Positions 11,371-24,533 of a DNA stretch of 64,000 bases are shown here, piece by piece. Under the pieces are notes generated by a model. That model was not told the origin of the DNA and made no database searches. It worked only from the letters and a program-made list of their open reading frames with translations. Position 1 is the first letter of the stretch, and each line of letters opens with the position of its first letter. The translations under genes and the position numbers were made by a program. The stretch comes from Basidiobolus meristosporus CBS 931.73. Lineage: Eukaryota > Fungi > Basidiobolomycota. Where the stretch lies: NCBI GenBank assembly GCA_002104905.1, contig MCFE01000112.1, forward strand, positions 62,001 through 126,000, written 5' to 3'.

Positions 11371-12104
11371 AGACTTGTTCCGTTGGATAGTGCCACATTG
11401 AGCCATGAGTGCCAAATAGTGCCATTGCGTGCCAGAGAGGCATAGCAGACCTAAACTTGGCCCCAGAGTATGAAACATAGCTCTGCATCTTCATGACAAG
11501 CAGCCCCTGTGTTTCACCCTTTGTGTTGGTGAAAATCCATTTTTTGACCTTTTTTTTTGGATCAGTGTTGTGTATGATGTGTAAGAGGACAGAAGTACCA
11601 ATGACATGCATCTGGTACTCAATACACATGGCGCTCTGAATCTAGCTCCTGTAGCTTGTATCATGTCACAAAAATGAATGGCACTATCTTGGTCCACTGG
11701 TACTATCTGGCACTATATTTAAATATTAGCCCTAAAGTAAGACCTATGTAAAGCACTTATAGTGTCAGATAGTACCAGTGGACCAAGACAGTGCCATTCA
11801 TTTTTATGACATGATACAAGCTACAGGAGCTAGATTCAGAGTGCCATGGGTATTGAGTACCAGGTGCATGTCTTCAATTCTTCTGTGCTCTTACACATCC
11901 TGCACTACATTGATCCAAAAAAAAAGGTCAAAAAATGGATTTTCTCCAGCACAATGGGTGAAACACAGGGGCTGCTCTGCATGAAGATGAAGAGCTATGT
12001 CTCACACTCTGTGGCCAATTTTAGGCTCACTTGGCCTCCCTGGCATGCTATGGCATCATTTGGCACTCATGGCTCAATGTGGCACTATCCAACGGAACAA
12101 GTCT
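11371..12104. mobile_element. 734-bp fold-back MITE of the PHIS family
   Basis: Begins AGACTTGTTCCGTTGGATAGTGCC and ends with its reverse complement. Arms of about 345 bp (outer 47 bp perfect, about 89% overall) around a spacer of about 43 bp; flanks AAT / ATT. Confidence 0.92.
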
Positions 12105-12980
12105 ATTATGTTTTTTAGCAAAAGCAGGAGCTCCATTTGTATAGATGGCTGAAAGTATTACTGGAAAGAATGTTTTTAAACCTCACAAGTATAGCCTGGA
12201 CCAAGGTCACATGCAAGGATCAGTCAAACATTCATTTCCTGGAATAAGTGCCTCTAGTCATGGTCATTGATTTGGGTAGACAGAGTATTGCTAGACAACA
12301 CTCTTCACGGTGTTGGTTTGTAAGTACTTACACTCTATATGTTCACAACTTGCAAAGGAGATGCTCCAGAATTAAGTATGTTAAAATACTGTGGATACAT
12401 AGGCTTTTGGGCTGCTATTGTATGAGCTCTGCTGCCTTAGGCCCTTGATACAGTACAATAATCAGGAGGAGCACTTCCAGAAAATGATGTGGCAGCCCTC
12501 CAATTTATCTGCAGGATATGTATATCTACTTTACTGCATGCTTGACCTCAAGGCTGGATAAAGCACCAGCTTGACATGCTGCTCCTTATATTTACTTGTT
12601 GCAGCCATTACAAAGATTAACTACTCAGAATGTATATGGAATTCCCAAGTTTGCTGAGATGTGCAGCTGACACACAGCTGTAATAAGACCTAGCCATTGA
12701 CCAAGTTACCTCCTGAACTTTTGAGTTACCTGAATACATCTGTTGAAATGCTTCCAAATGTCCTAGCTAATTAATAGCTGCCCAAGTCAAATAGAATTCT
12801 ATATATGATTGACTAGTAGAGGGTTCCATAATATATACAGGCAAGAATCTTCATGTCCAATTGTAGATCTGAGCACAGATCCACTCTAAGGCCAAGTGGC
12901 TTTGATTTTAACAGAATTGGTATTGCTTTTGAATTCTTCTACTTGTATAATATTGATATATGACAGAAAACTTCTTGATG

Positions 12981-15553
12981 TGTTACAAGTCTTGATATAA
13001 GAGTTGTAGAGGAATAGGCTAGTATTGTATTTACTAAAACTTGAACTGAATTTTATTGATATTCTAGCAGCTCCTTATTTACATTTTGCCATAACAATTG
13101 CAGAATAATTGTCCTTCCTAATGTAGGTTGTCACTGTTGACTTATTTGATTGAATCATCATCACCTAATTAGATCCTACTTATTATATCTGTTTCTGTTT
13201 GATTAGAATCTGCTGATTCATCTGCTGACTAATACTATTGATTTTATAGATAACACTGACATATTGATAGGCTAAACATAAAACTAAGTGATTAGACTAA
13301 AAGCAGATACAACCTGTACATTCAAGCAGTTGATCATAACATTTTCCCCTAGTAGAGCTGAGAGGGTTCTCATAAGTCTCTTTTCTTGCAATACCAATAT
13401 CTTCATAGTTCAGTATTGTCAACAAGTCTTGTAAGCTTGATTCTGTCTCTATGAACTAAGTCTTCCAAGGTATTAGCTTGCTTGTCCACTGGTTGGTAAG
13501 TTCCAAAAGTCATTTTCTGATGAATTTGAAAGGGCCTATCCACTATGGCTCAAACTTCTACTCAGTGTTGCTTCTCAGCAATACAAAGTTCCCAACTGGC
13601 AATGCTTCTGGTGAAATAGTCTTATCAAATCCCTGTTTCATCTTTTCAGCACTTTGAGATGCTTTGGCCTGAGCCACTTAGCATTTTTGTTTCAGCTGCT
13701 GGTGTCTACTTGGCTACTGAGTGCATCTTCTATGGCATCTGTAGCTTTGATTGTGTGATCTCCTGGAATCCTGGCTTACGTCCATATACTGATTAAGATA
13801 GCAATTGATGAGCGGTGTTTTGCACTCTAGCTCTGCAGGTAAAAGGTGCTAGGTCTATATACTCTTCCTATCTACTGATAGCTCCATTTGCATACTTGGT
13901 TAGCACTCTTCAAAATAATCCATTAAACTACTCAGTGACTCCATCAGCTCTAAGGGGATACACAATGGTTTTCAAGTGTTTAATATGCTATATTTCCAAG
14001 TAGGCTTCCAATGTCTTGGACATAAAGTATGCTCCTCTATCAGATACAATCCCTACAGGGCATCCAAACTTCATAAGGATCTCTTGGTATATGAAATTTT
14101 TGACTTTTTGTTCACCTGCTCCTGGTACAGTTCTTAAAACTGTTCATTTTGTGGCATAGTCCATTGCTACTAGGACCCACCAATTGCATTTCCTAGTAGT
14201 AGGTAATCATGCAGTAAAGTCAATTTGCCATCACTCATTGGTCTTGCAATCTCCAACAGAAAGAGTTCAACATATCTCTGTGGTTGGCTTTTGTTGATTT
14301 GGTAACTCAGGCACATTTTTACCAGCTTCTTATTATACTGTATTGTTCAGGGCCACCATGCTTTATATTTTACAAGGCTGTAAGCTCCTTCAATTCCAAG
14401 ATGTCCATATCCACTGTGAAGCTTATATATTAAGTTCAGGAGAGTAGCATAAGGGCACTAGGCAATAGGGCTTCCATGAACTGTTTGGTAGAGTGTTGCA
14501 TCCTGTTCTACAAATATTCCTACTTCTTCCTGGATTATCTGCTTGATTGCTTCATCCACCTCATTTGCTAATGGCTTGGTCCTCCAAGTACATTGGTAAT
14601 GAGCTTGGCCAGTCTGATTCATGCGCTAAGTTGAGTTGTGCAACTTGAACTATTCTTGATAAGGCATCATCAACCATGTTGTTTTTCCCAGGGCAGTAGA
14701 CAATCTCCAAGTCAAATTGCTGAAATTATTGACCTCATCTTGTCATTCTTCTGGATAGTGCTTTCTGGGAGAATATATACTTCAGTGAGGGGTGATCAGT
14801 CTTCATTGTGCAGTTGACTTCTTCAATTTAGTATCTCCAGGTCTTTAAGTAGTGTACTATGACAAGCATCTCTGTCTCATGGACTGGATTGTTTTGTTCT
14901 GCTGAGTTCAGTTTTTTAGACTCAGAAGCAGCTGGCTAATCCTTTCCTATATATTTTGGTACAGAACTCCACCAATTGCGCAGTCTAAAGAATTTGTGCA
15001 TGGAGTAAACTCTTTTCTTAATTGTGTGATTTTTCAGCTTGGCAGCTTAGCAGCTTAGCAGGCTCATTTGTGAGCATCTGAAAGGGAGTCTCACAGGCTA
15101 TACCCCACTTTAAGGTGTTGTCTTTCCTGAGAATTTCAGTTAATGGGGCTGCAATACTTGCTAAGGACTTGACAACTGTCCAACAATAGGAAACCAATCC
15201 AAGGAGCAATATGAGTTCTGATATGCTATGGAGCTGCTTGAGATTCTTGATGACTTCAACCTTGTTGGATCTAAGCTCACTCCTGTGCTAGTCACTATTG
15301 GTCCCAGATATTCAACATGTTCCTTCAAGAATGCACACTTTGCTAGCTTGCCACACAGCTTGTTCTCTCATAACTTCATCAAGACCTTTTCAATTTGCAC
15401 CATGTATTCCTCTTCTGTCTTGCTGTATATCAAAATGTTGTCTAACTTGATTACCACAAAGGTGTCTAAGTACTCCTGGAAAACTGTTTGTATCAAGATC
15501 ATGAATGTTGCATAGGCATTGGTACAGTCAAAACTCATGACTAAGTACTTATA
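12981..15553 (-). mobile_element. Decayed Ty3/gypsy copy C (3' LTR 12981-13341, integrase, RNase H, part of RT), truncated at a PHIS TIR
   Basis: Homologous to the intact element at 45547-50484 up to YKYLVMSF, then abuts AGACTTGTTC at 15554; numerous stops and indels. Confidence 0.9.
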
Positions 15554-15925
15554 AGACTTGTTCTGTTGGATAGTGCCACATAGTGCCAGCTTTTTTATAG
15601 TGCCGGATAGATCTAGCACTCTAGGGCACTATCTGGCACTATAATTTCTACCATTGTGCCAGTGGTAGGATATTGTTACTAGACTTGTTCTGTTGAATAG
15701 TGCCATTTTGAGCCATGAGTGCCAAATGGTGCCATAGTGTGCCAGAGAAGCTAAGTGATCCTATACTTGGCCACAGAGTGTGAAACATAGCTCTTTATGT
15801 TCATGCAGTCCGTAGCCTGTATCATGTCACAAAGATGCATGGCACTATCTTGGTCCTCTGGTACCATCTAGCACTACATTTAAAAATTAGCCATGAGTTG
15901 AATCCTATACAAAGCACTTATAGCA
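15554..15925 (-). mobile_element. Reversed PHIS right end (15554-15680) followed by a partial older MITE arm (15681 to about 15925)
   Basis: First part is the reverse complement of 2680-2807. A second TIR starts directly after ACT at 15678-15680 and continues as an internally deleted arm of the 734-bp MITE. Confidence 0.8.
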
Positions 15926-15929
15926 TAAG

Positions 15930-16452
15930 TCCATTTTGTAAGAGAAGCTGCAGAAAATAACTTGTTTGGTTTAGTTTACTGCCCACCTGAAATAACAATT
16001 CAAGATACAATCATAGAACCACTAGCAACAGTACAGTTTCAGAAATATAGGGAGAGATTTTGTATCAAAAAACTATTTAGTTGAGGGGAAAGTTAAATAT
16101 TGGACTATTTAGTATCATTTTACTGCTCAATAATTACCTAACAATTGTACACTATTCTTAGGTACTCTATGGCTCATTTATTGCCTCAACTATACAACCT
16201 CCTTCAGCTCTATGATTCTATTTTATTCTTCTATGCAAGATCCAATTAGCACTCTATCAAAAAATATGTACTATCACTGAAGCTGTTACAGCTTGCTCAA
16301 AGGTATAGGCAAGCTCCCTGGACACATTGCCACAGTTGTGATAATTCTACAAAGCAATAACTATTGGGCTACTTTGGGAGTAAATACTAATTCAGCCATT
16401 ATCACCACTTCTTGTTAAGTCCTCAAAGTCCTAAAGCTTCTATACATCAACA
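15930..16452 (+). mobile_element. Ty1/copia RNase H tail, PPT and degenerate 3' LTR
   Basis: Translates HFVREAAENNL..YCP..I.D.IIEPLA, then GAGGGGAAA and an LTR similar to 24534-24902 and 38625-38992. Confidence 0.6.
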
Positions 16453-16799
16453 ATCTTATCAGCATTTGCAATGGTAATATACACAGGTACTATGATCTTG
16501 CATTATTACTTATAAGCATTGTGATCTTTGATGGCCAAAGCATTTTTACCCATTTTTGCTCATAATCAAGTAGATTAACATATTGAAAGTAATGATGAAT
16601 CTCTCTGTAGCTGTGTTACTTACTGAGGGTAAGCAGCTATCTCTTCCAGGCCCATAGAGTACAGCAATCAGTTTTGCTGCTTTAACTACTGAGTTATCAC
16701 TCTTATTGCACTGTATTTTGCCACTAGCATTAGCATCCAGTGATGAATTATGTTCCAAGCTGATTATTGTTGCTGATATAGTTGTCAAGCTACTCAACC

Positions 16800-19700
16800 C
16801 CTTCTTGATTTTGAAACTCCAGAAGTACTTGCACCTAAAGAACTAAAGAAGTAATGATGACAAAGGGTGAGTTGCTGTATATGCATGAAGTACCTCAGTA
16901 TTTATACCTTTGAAGGAGCAATATAACTGTAACACACTGTTTGGGATACTTTCTAATATTCAGGAGCAGACTGTGATAGTTTTAGAGCAAGTACATAATT
17001 GTTGGTAAAAGAGTTGATTTGATTATAATAAGGGAATAATCATAAGATTCTAGATCTCAAGGACATGGCTAAGCTCAGGCTACAATTGAGCTCTAGAATA
17101 CCTACAAATAGTGCTGAGTTGCAAAGTAAATATTTGGCACAAGAATTATACTGAATGGTCAAACCTTTCAGTATTCCACCCAACTGAATGATTTCTTAAT
17201 CCTAATTTAACCTTGGGTCTCTGAAAAAGCACCCTTGCTAATGGTTTTGTTTGTATATCTGCAATCTTTTGCAGTTGTACAGTAAGCTAAATCTACCAGG
17301 TTACCTTCCACAGCTTCTCTTACAAAGTTGTGCTTTATATCTATGTGCCTATTTCTGATATAATCAGTAGGGCTCCTAGTTAATGAAATACAACTGTGAA
17401 TATCTTTATATGTACAAGTTGGTTTGTTTGAGCTAAAGTCTAAGTCTTTAAGTAGCCTTTATAGCCATATTCCATCCTTGGCTGCTTTACCAACAGCAAT
17501 TTGCACTCCTTTAGCTGTAGAGTGGCCACAGTGGGTTGTCTAATAAAGCATCAGGTTTTTGCTGCACCAGTATATATATATAAAAGCCATTAGTAGAGAG
17601 TCTACAGTCTATATGTTACCCTCATTCTGGTTCAGTATAGTCATCAAGCGTCTGGCTATTTTCTGGTGCAGAGTATTCATGTACCATATATGAAGTACCT
17701 TGTTATATCTAAGGGTTTACTTAACTGCTGCAATTTGCCTGATCCATAATTATGCATGATTTGACCAACTGATCTTACAGCTACTGCTATATCTGGACTA
17801 GTAGATACCATTATATTCATCATGTCAGCAGCTGTGGGCCAATGGGCATAGTTACGGTCTACATTTGAGCCATGCTTAGATGAACAGACTGAGATTTACT
17901 CAAAATTAGGTTTTTTTCCATGAGAGTTGTTACAGAATTGCAGTTACGCTTATTGATACATCAAAGAATGTTGCTAATGCACCAAGATAAGCTGATTATG
18001 AGTCTCTGCAAAGCCAAGACAAATATGACCTCAAATTGAAGAAAGTAACTCTATTTCCCAAGAACTATACCTCAAACTTGCTGAAAAGATCTGATTTTAT
18101 CTGTTATAGTGATTCCTGGTGATTTGTAGTTATTATTTGGTTCTCCATATGAAGAAATTAGATGCACACCCCTTCTTGAGCATCTAGTATTAATACTGTG
18201 ATATGAAGTACCGCAAATATTACAAATATGCTTCAAATAAATCCCCTCCAGTTGTACTGTGCTTTAGGCACCTGTTTTGCCATACAGCCATTTCCTTTGT
18301 CTGCACACCTTACAGGGTCTATCTGGACTTTTAATACATTTTGGTTGATATATATATATATTTATGGGTTCTTGAAATTTCCAGTCACAGAAGAATGCAT
18401 TCACATCCATTAAGTGTAGATAGAGATTGTGTACAACTACCAGGGTTGGAACTGCTCTGACAGAGCTGAACTTGGCTACCAGAGCAATGTTTCATTGAAA
18501 TCTGGCCCTTCAATCTGGAAAAGCCTTTGGCCACCAATCTAGCCTTGTGCATTCCAAACATACCATTTGAGGCTATCTTGCTCTTGCAGACCATTCTACA
18601 CCCCTTTGGCTTTCTCCTCAGTGGGCAAAACTACTAGTTCCTACTTTTTTACCTTGATCAGAGATTAGTACTCCTATTTTCTGGCTATCTGTCACACTAT
18701 TGCATCTTTACTTTCCATTGCCTGATCTGAATTAAGATGCTTGGTATCTTTTGCAAGATAAGCTTTTTCATTGCAATTAGATGCTTGCCCTCATAATCAA
18801 CAACATTTATTTTTGGGTAGATCTCCTAACAGCAACAAAATGCTCTGTTATGGCACTGATAGAAGTCCCATCCCTATCTGTCTAGTCTAGGTATGTATCT
18901 TCCTCATTTGTGGTGATTCTTTCCTTTTCTACTCTTTGGCACCTTATTTAAGTATTTTTGTTCAGGTATTTGGTAAAAGACATAACTACCAAGGATCTTG
19001 AGATGCTGGAGGGCTTGTGTAGTCCTATATATGCTTCAAATGAGGTCAAAGCGCACAAGACTGCAGTTGGGCATCTATTTGTGATGTATACAGTAGTAGC
19101 AGTGAGCTCAGTGTGAAGGTTATGTTGCATAACTTTATCATATAGCTTAGCTCATTCCATCTCCACTACAGTTGTATTAGCATACTCTGCTCCACTATAT
19201 TGCTGTGTTGGATGTGTAAGTGTTGTCTGCTGTAGGAATCCAATAGCATAGCGGTACTTTGAAAACTCTGTAGTGCAATAATCATATCCATCATGACTTT
19301 GTGGTGTTTTCAGTTTCCAAGTGGTTTGTGTTTCACTATTCTTGGGGTGCTTGAATGTTCCAGTGCTGTGGCCTATATCTTCAAGATGCGTATTTATGCA
19401 TATCTTGTCTTGACATCCATGAGTGCCATAAACATCTCTTGGCTCTAAAGTTCAGAGTTGGCAACTGATCTCATATGCGTGCAAATGAAATGGCTGGAAC
19501 CTATGGAAATATTGACCTATATGGTTTCTTTCTGCAACTAAAAATATACTTAACAGCTCTGCACTAGTCTTGGTCATTGTAGGGCTAACTTACAGCCCTA
19601 ACTTTGCGACCTTCTCCAGATCTGTGGTCCTATGATTATTCCCCCACAATCAAAATCAAATACAGACTTTTACCAATCACTATCAACCAGCCTTGGTATA

Positions 19701-20450
19701 GTTACAGAATGCTCCTGAGTGTTGAGAAGTGCTCCTTACTTAGTGTTATAGTTGTATTACTACTACAAAGGTTTAAATACCAAGCTTTTTTACAAGCAAA
19801 CTAAAGTTTATCAGTTATCAATACTTCCTTGTAAGTTCCTTGCAACAAAATCATATCATAAGTTGCAAAGGAATCATGGTAGAACTATTGCCTCTAGAGC
19901 TCTTGGAACATTGTTGAGCTTGTGTGCCATGTGAACATCCCTTACCAACATTTAATCTGAGTTCTTTTGCTGTACTAATAGCATGAATTTGACCAATGGA
20001 CCTAACAACATATGGTGATAATGGTTGAAGTTTTGTTTATTTATAAAGTGGTTGGTTATTTATACCATTAAAAGGCTGATGTAACTATAACACTGTGACT
20101 GAAGTGCTCTTAATAATCAGGAGTAATCTGTGATGACTGCAAGGAAATTACACAGTTTTTTAGACACTCCTTTAATGTAACAAATACTTACTGATCTATA
20201 GCTACTTGGCTTGCTCTCTCTGGTCTCAGATTCATGTCTGCCGTTACTTCTTGCACTCCCTAAACTAGTGTCATGTATTCTTGCAGTAGCTACAACATCA
20301 GAGTTATCTTTTTGCTCTGCTGCCATTCTTTCATCTTGGTATGGGTCTCTAGACCCAATAGGGCACTTTCTTCTGATTTCAATACATTGCATTTGTGTCT
20401 GAGTCTTCATAAACTTTCCTTCCACTGATAAAGTCAGGTGTAAGGCTGTT
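16800..20450 (-). mobile_element. Heavily decayed Ty1/copia element (3' LTR about 16800-17170, RNase H, RT, integrase, protease/gag fragments)
   Basis: Minus strand reads RHIDI, QPTVATST, KARLVAKGFS and integrase-like segments; the LTR is a reverse match to 24534-24902. Boundaries approximate. Confidence 0.7.
19502..19869 (+). mobile_element. Copia-family solo LTR inserted antisense within the minus-strand copia
   Basis: Aligns along its length with 24534-24902 and 40891-41259; termini decayed. Confidence 0.7.
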
Positions 20451-21141
20451 TTCTCAGCTGCTCAATAAGAAGTAAGAGAGGTATAAGCTTCTTTTGTAAA
20501 TTGAGGGGTGCTGCCATATGTTTGAGAATATACTGTGGCAGTAAAGGGATAGTACAAAATGTCTGATAATGGAGTCACTTAATCCTGGGCAGTGGAATTA
20601 TCATAGGATTATAGAACTGAGAGAAGTGGCAGTGTTGAAACTTTAAATAGGTGCCATGGCACCTCAGACTAGTATAGAATTACTCAATGAGCTCCCAGCT
20701 GCCAAATGGTACAATATAATCTCCAATTTCCCCGTATTTAATATTGAATGCAAACTCAGATTTATGAGAATCTGCAGCAAGCAGGTACTGCTTGTTGTAA
20801 AAATTTGTATTTCCACTTAAATATTCACCTAACTTAGTCACTTAGATCATCACCTTCAAATCCTAGAGAATACTGACCAAATTCCTTGTTGGGATTTACT
20901 TAGAATATTTTCACCAAAATACCAGGTACCCAGAACATGAAAATTCTCAAAGTTGTCCAAACAGCCCCAAACTTTGCACACATGTTCTTGGGACCTTCCT
21001 TAACCCATTCTACGTGTTTGTAATGCCAAGACCAGGTAAAAGTATAAATACCACTTTTACATTCAATAAATCATTAAGTGAAAACCACATAATCTACTTG
21101 TTCTCCCAATCACTTCCAATATCTCCAAGACTCTTACAACA

Positions 21142-21153
21142 GGTTATGAGCCC
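21142..21153 (+). promoter_or_regulatory. Half-tRNA-iMet primer binding site (Ty5/copia type)
   Basis: GGTTATGAGCCC directly after the LTR end; reverse complement of GGGCUCAUAACC in the anticodon arm of yeast-type initiator tRNA. Confidence 0.85.
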
Positions 21154-21172
21154 CAAGCTGTCACTCTCTGCA

Positions 21173-24100
21173 ATGTCTACTACTGCTATTACTGGAATTT
21201 TTCCCTCTGCTGAAAAGTTGAGTGGATCTAACTACCAAGTGTGGAAGGTGAAGATGAAGATGCTGCTGCAAGAAAGAGGCCTTTGGGATATTGTCATGGG
21301 AGAAGAATGCCCTCCTAAAAACGTGGGAAAGGAAGCCTTAAAGTACCAGAAGAAAGAACAAAGTGCCTTTAACTGCATTTGCCTTAATGTCAAGGACAAA
21401 TTGCTAATTCAATGCTCAAGAGCAAAACGGCAAAGAATGCCTGGAAAGCATTGGAAGACACCTACCAGTCATGTTCAGCTGCCAAGAAAATGTATCTGAG
21501 AAGAAAATTCTTTACTACAAAGATGCTGCCAGGAGAAGAAATGAAAAATTTAATTAACAGAATTACCCTGCTGGTAGATGAGATGGAATCTGTGGGCGTA
21601 CCAACTACTGATGAGGATGTGATAGTTACCATCCTGAATAGCCTGACAGACAAGTTTCAGGGCCTTGTATCAGCCCTAGAGTCCAGAACTGAAGATTTGA
21701 CCTTAAATTATTTATATGGAAGGCTCCTGGATGAAGAATTAAGAAAATCAAGCACCAATAAGAAGGAAGAAGAAAATGCTTTAATAAGCAATGATAACCA
21801 ACAAAGGAGGTACCCAAGACCCTACAAAGGCAGCAGCAACCTATTTTGCAACTACTGCAAAAGGAAAGGACACACATAAGACCGCTGTCTCAAAAAGAGA
21901 GATTATCAGCAAAAGAAGCCTGAATATGGAAATGCTGCAACAACTGAAGATAGACTATTCATATCTGCACTAAATATGACCGCAAACAAGGATTCTCAGA
22001 CGTGGTATATTGACTCTGGAGCTTCTCAACACTTTACACACCAAAAAGAACTTTTTACCCAATATCAAGAAATTCCAATTAAGAAGGTTTTCATGGGTGA
22101 CGATAGAACACTTGATGCAGTGGGAGAAGGAACTATCCAAGTAAACATTAGAAGCAGTGAAGGAAGCCATACACTGACCTTTAAAGAAGCACTCTATGTA
22201 CCAGAAATAGCCAAGAACCTACTCTGTGTAAGCAAGGCCACAGCAGAAGGACTCAGTTTCAGTTTTGACAATTCTGGATGCAGGATCACTGATCAAAATG
22301 GTGCCCATATTGCTTCAGGCTTCAGAGATCAGAATCTATACAAATTGATTTATATTCCATCATATCTGGAAGCCAATATAAGTAACCTAAAAGAAGAAAC
22401 ACCAATGCTTTGGCACAGGAGATTTGGACACATCAATTTTGATTATTTGCGTAAAATGATCAAAGATCAGCTAATTTCTGGAGTGAAAATTGATCCCCCA
22501 GCTAATTTGGAGCACTGTGAAGCCTGCATATATGGGAAACAAGCCAGACAACCGTTCAAGAGCTCTGGGTTAATCAAAACTAAGAAAAAATTAGATCTAA
22601 TTCACTCAGATCTGTGTGGACCTATGCAAAATTTATCCTTAGGCAGGATGAAGTATTTAATCACTTTTATTGATGATTATACAAGATACACATGGGTCTA
22701 CTTCATGGAGAGAAAGGAAGAAGCTCTGTCTAAGTTCAGGGAGTTTAAAGCCATGGTGGAGAGAGACACAGGTGAAAAAATCAAGAAAATACACTCTGAC
22801 AATGGTGGAGAATATACCTCAAAACTCTTCATCCACTTCTGCAAAATTCATGGGATAAAGCAAGAGACTACTGTACCATACTCCCCACAGCAAAATGGAG
22901 TAGCAGAACAAGCTAACAGATCAATAATTGATATGGCAAGATCTATGATCCATGATCAAGAATTATCCTATGATTTTTGGGCGGAATCAGTTGCCACTGC
23001 TGTATACCTTAAAAATAGGAGTTATAACAGAATACTTTGTGATTCTACTCCATATGAAGCATGGTATGGATATAGACCAAGTGCAGAACATCTAAGAATA
23101 TTTGGGTGTACAGCATATGCCAAAAAACTGGCTGGAAATCAGTCAACATTTGAGCCAAAAAGTGTAAAATGCATTTTTTTGGGCTACTGCAATGAGAGTA
23201 AGGCATACAGACTCTACAATACCAAAGCAAAGAAGCTGATCAAGTCCAGGGATGTGTTGTTTGATGAAAATTCAAAATTTTTGCAAAAAATGACATCAGA
23301 TGATGACGAAAATTTGATCTCAAGTCCACCAATTGTCAGGATTGAATCAGAGCAAAACAATGAAAATTTTTTCACTCCAGAGGACTCTACAACTGTGGTT
23401 CAGCCAGAATCAGTGCCCAGGAATATCCCAGAAGTGATCATTCCAGTATTAAATGCCTGGAGATCAAATCAGACAAGAAATGGCCCAAATTACTATATTA
23501 ATGAGGGTACAAACTTAGCCTATGCCTATTCAGTCCATATTGATGAACGCCAGACTGTAAATGAGGCCCTAAATAGCCCTCAGACAAAGTTTTGGAGATC
23601 TGCAATGACTGAGGAATATCAGGCCCTGATGGAAAATCAAACTTGGGACTTAGTCAAATTACCAATCAACCAAAAATCAATTGGATGCAGATGGGTCTTC
23701 AAGACAAAATACAAGGCTGATGGTACAACTGAAAGATACAAAGCAAGACTTGTAGCCAAAGGATACTCTCAAACAAAAGGACTTGACTATACTGAGACCT
23801 TTGCACCGGTAGCCAAGTTTAATTCCATCAGATTAATATTGGCTATTGCAGCCAAATATAAGTTTTTTATTCATCAAATGGATGTAAAAACTGCATTTTT
23901 GAATGGAGAACTTGATGAAGACGTGTATATGGACCAGCCTGATGGGTTTGTTGACCATGATAACCCCCATTTGGTCTGCAAGCTTAAAAAGTCACTATAT
24001 GGTCTCAAAAAATCACCAAGAGCCTGGAATTGCAAGATAGATTCTTATTTGGAACCTTTGAGTTGCAAAAGGAGTAATGCTGACTATAGTATATACTATA

Positions 24101-24333
24101 AGCCAGATAGAGCAAATCCAGTTCTATTAGCTCTATATGTGGATGATCTTATTATAGCCGCCAATAACCTAGAAACATTGGAAGAAACTAAATCCAGCCT
24201 ATCTAAGGAGTTCAAGATGTCTGATTTAGGAGAACTTAGTTACTACTTAGGGATTAAGTTCTCCATAGACAGAAGTACCCAGACTATCACCCTAAGCCAA
24301 TCCAAGTATATTCAGGATGTTCTAAAGAAGTAG
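21173..24333 (+). pseudogene. Copia gag-pol polyprotein; frameshift near 21412, in-frame TAA at 21877 in the zinc knuckle, TAG at 24331
   Basis: ORFs 21412-21879 and 21976-24333 share a frame and are separated by one stop; domain order protease-integrase-RT. Confidence 0.9.
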
Positions 24334-24533
24334 CAAATGGAAGACTGTAAACTGGCAGCTACCATTAGGATATTTGAGGATATAAAGCATGTAGTGTGCA
24401 GATTACAAGAAAAGCCCTAGTATGCTTGGTTGGCAGCATTAATGGTGAGTTCTAAGATTAATCTGTGCAAATATGAAACAAGTGCCCATGTAATTGATTG
24501 GATATCACAAGAAGTTCCTTTGGACTTAGGAAC

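Larger units (their letters stand above)
20887..24363 (+). mobile_element. Ty1/copia element, lightly mutated, 3'-truncated (no RNase H or 3' LTR)
   Basis: 5' LTR 20887-21141 (TGTTG...CAACA), PBS GGTTATGAGCCC, gag ATG at 21173 (KLSGSNYQVWK..M..LL...GLW), CCHC knuckle, WYIDSGAS, LWHRRFGH, DLCGP, DNGGEY, QNGVAE, RLVAKGY, YVDD. Confidence 0.95.

Noticed and set aside
11366-12118. Paired small ORFs (MCIEYQ..., MDQDSA...) as genes
   Set aside because: They are mirror products of the fold-back MITE, have no recognisable motifs, and run across the TIRs.
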